Source: Candidatus Micrarchaeota archaeon
GTDB taxonomy: Archaea > Micrarchaeota > Micrarchaeia > Micrarchaeales > CABMGC01
Assembly: GCA_021797995.1 (NCBI GenBank)
Contig: JAJZYR010000003.1
Span: forward strand, 8,798-72,797
Direction of reading: 5' to 3'
DNA: 64,000 nucleotides
The position numbers and the translations under genes are program-made. The notes under the pieces were generated by a model. That model saw only the letters and a program-made list of their open reading frames with translations. It was not told the DNA's origin and did no database searches. Shown here in pieces: positions 63,945 to 64,000 of this stretch. The first letter of the stretch is position 1, and each line of letters begins with the position of its first letter.

Positions 63945-64000
63945 TCAGTCCCTTATTCCGCTTGTGGTTATCTTTATGACGGCTTCGGCCTCCGGCATGC
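63945..64000 (-). CDS. 3' end of an upstream minus-strand gene, truncated by the window edge
   Basis: In-frame ...MPEAEAVIKITTSGIRD-TGA, with the stop 1 nt before the dph5 ATG (operon-like packing). Identity unknown. Confidence 0.3.
   Translation of the reverse strand, partial: MPEAEAVIKITTSGIRD

Noticed and set aside
1-64000. Searched by eye for CRISPR arrays, cas genes, rRNA genes, inteins (MCM) and tandem repeat arrays.
   Set aside because: No regularly spaced direct repeats or rRNA-like sequence were found, and MCM motifs are contiguous. The only short tandem features are those already listed near 59500-59575 and 6583-6612.

Overview
This is a densely coding archaeal chromosome segment with no rRNA genes and no CRISPR array or cas genes. 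Archaeal hallmarks include MCM helicase, RNA polymerase subunits D and N inside an r-protein operon (L18e, L13, S9, S2), AglB/STT3, diphthine synthase, Taw1 and a tRNA-splicing endonuclease. TTTATAAA-type TATA boxes sit about 25-35 nt upstream of many start codons, so transcripts look mostly leaderless. The endonuclease has the three-unit layout reported for ARMAN/Micrarchaeota-type (DPANN) archaea; that lineage guess cannot be verified from the sequence alone. Core metabolism comprises leuBCD plus a TPP enzyme, a tightly coupled trpEGDCBA operon, and aroD, aroE, aroK-aroA-aroC plus chorismate mutase. There is also a dTTP cluster (tmk, dcd, dut-like, double-length thyX) and a reversed-order sucrose-phosphate phosphatase/synthase fusion next to a cupin isomerase-like gene. 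Other content includes a giant AglB plus a GT4 glycosyltransferase, two MNT-HEPN pairs, a presenilin homologue, an A24 prepilin peptidase and two pilin-like paralogues. By hand I found three tRNA genes that the ORF track cannot show. They are tRNA-Leu(GAG), tRNA-Glu(UUC), and a tRNA-Pro-like gene with about 39 extra nt in its T-arm, possibly non-canonical introns. Mobile DNA comprises four items: (1) an IS110/IS1111-like element splitting the dTTP cluster; (2) an IS200/IS605 remnant with a left-end hairpin and truncated tnpB; (3) an AT-rich island beside tRNA-Glu bounded by a 12-bp repeat of the tRNA 3' end; (4) a 1.68-kb AT-rich insertion with perfect 16-bp terminal inverted repeats and a 7-8-bp flanking duplication. 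That last insertion carries a pilin-like paralogue but no transposase, and it is the best candidate here for something undescribed. All functional calls rest on motifs read by eye; no database search was possible.
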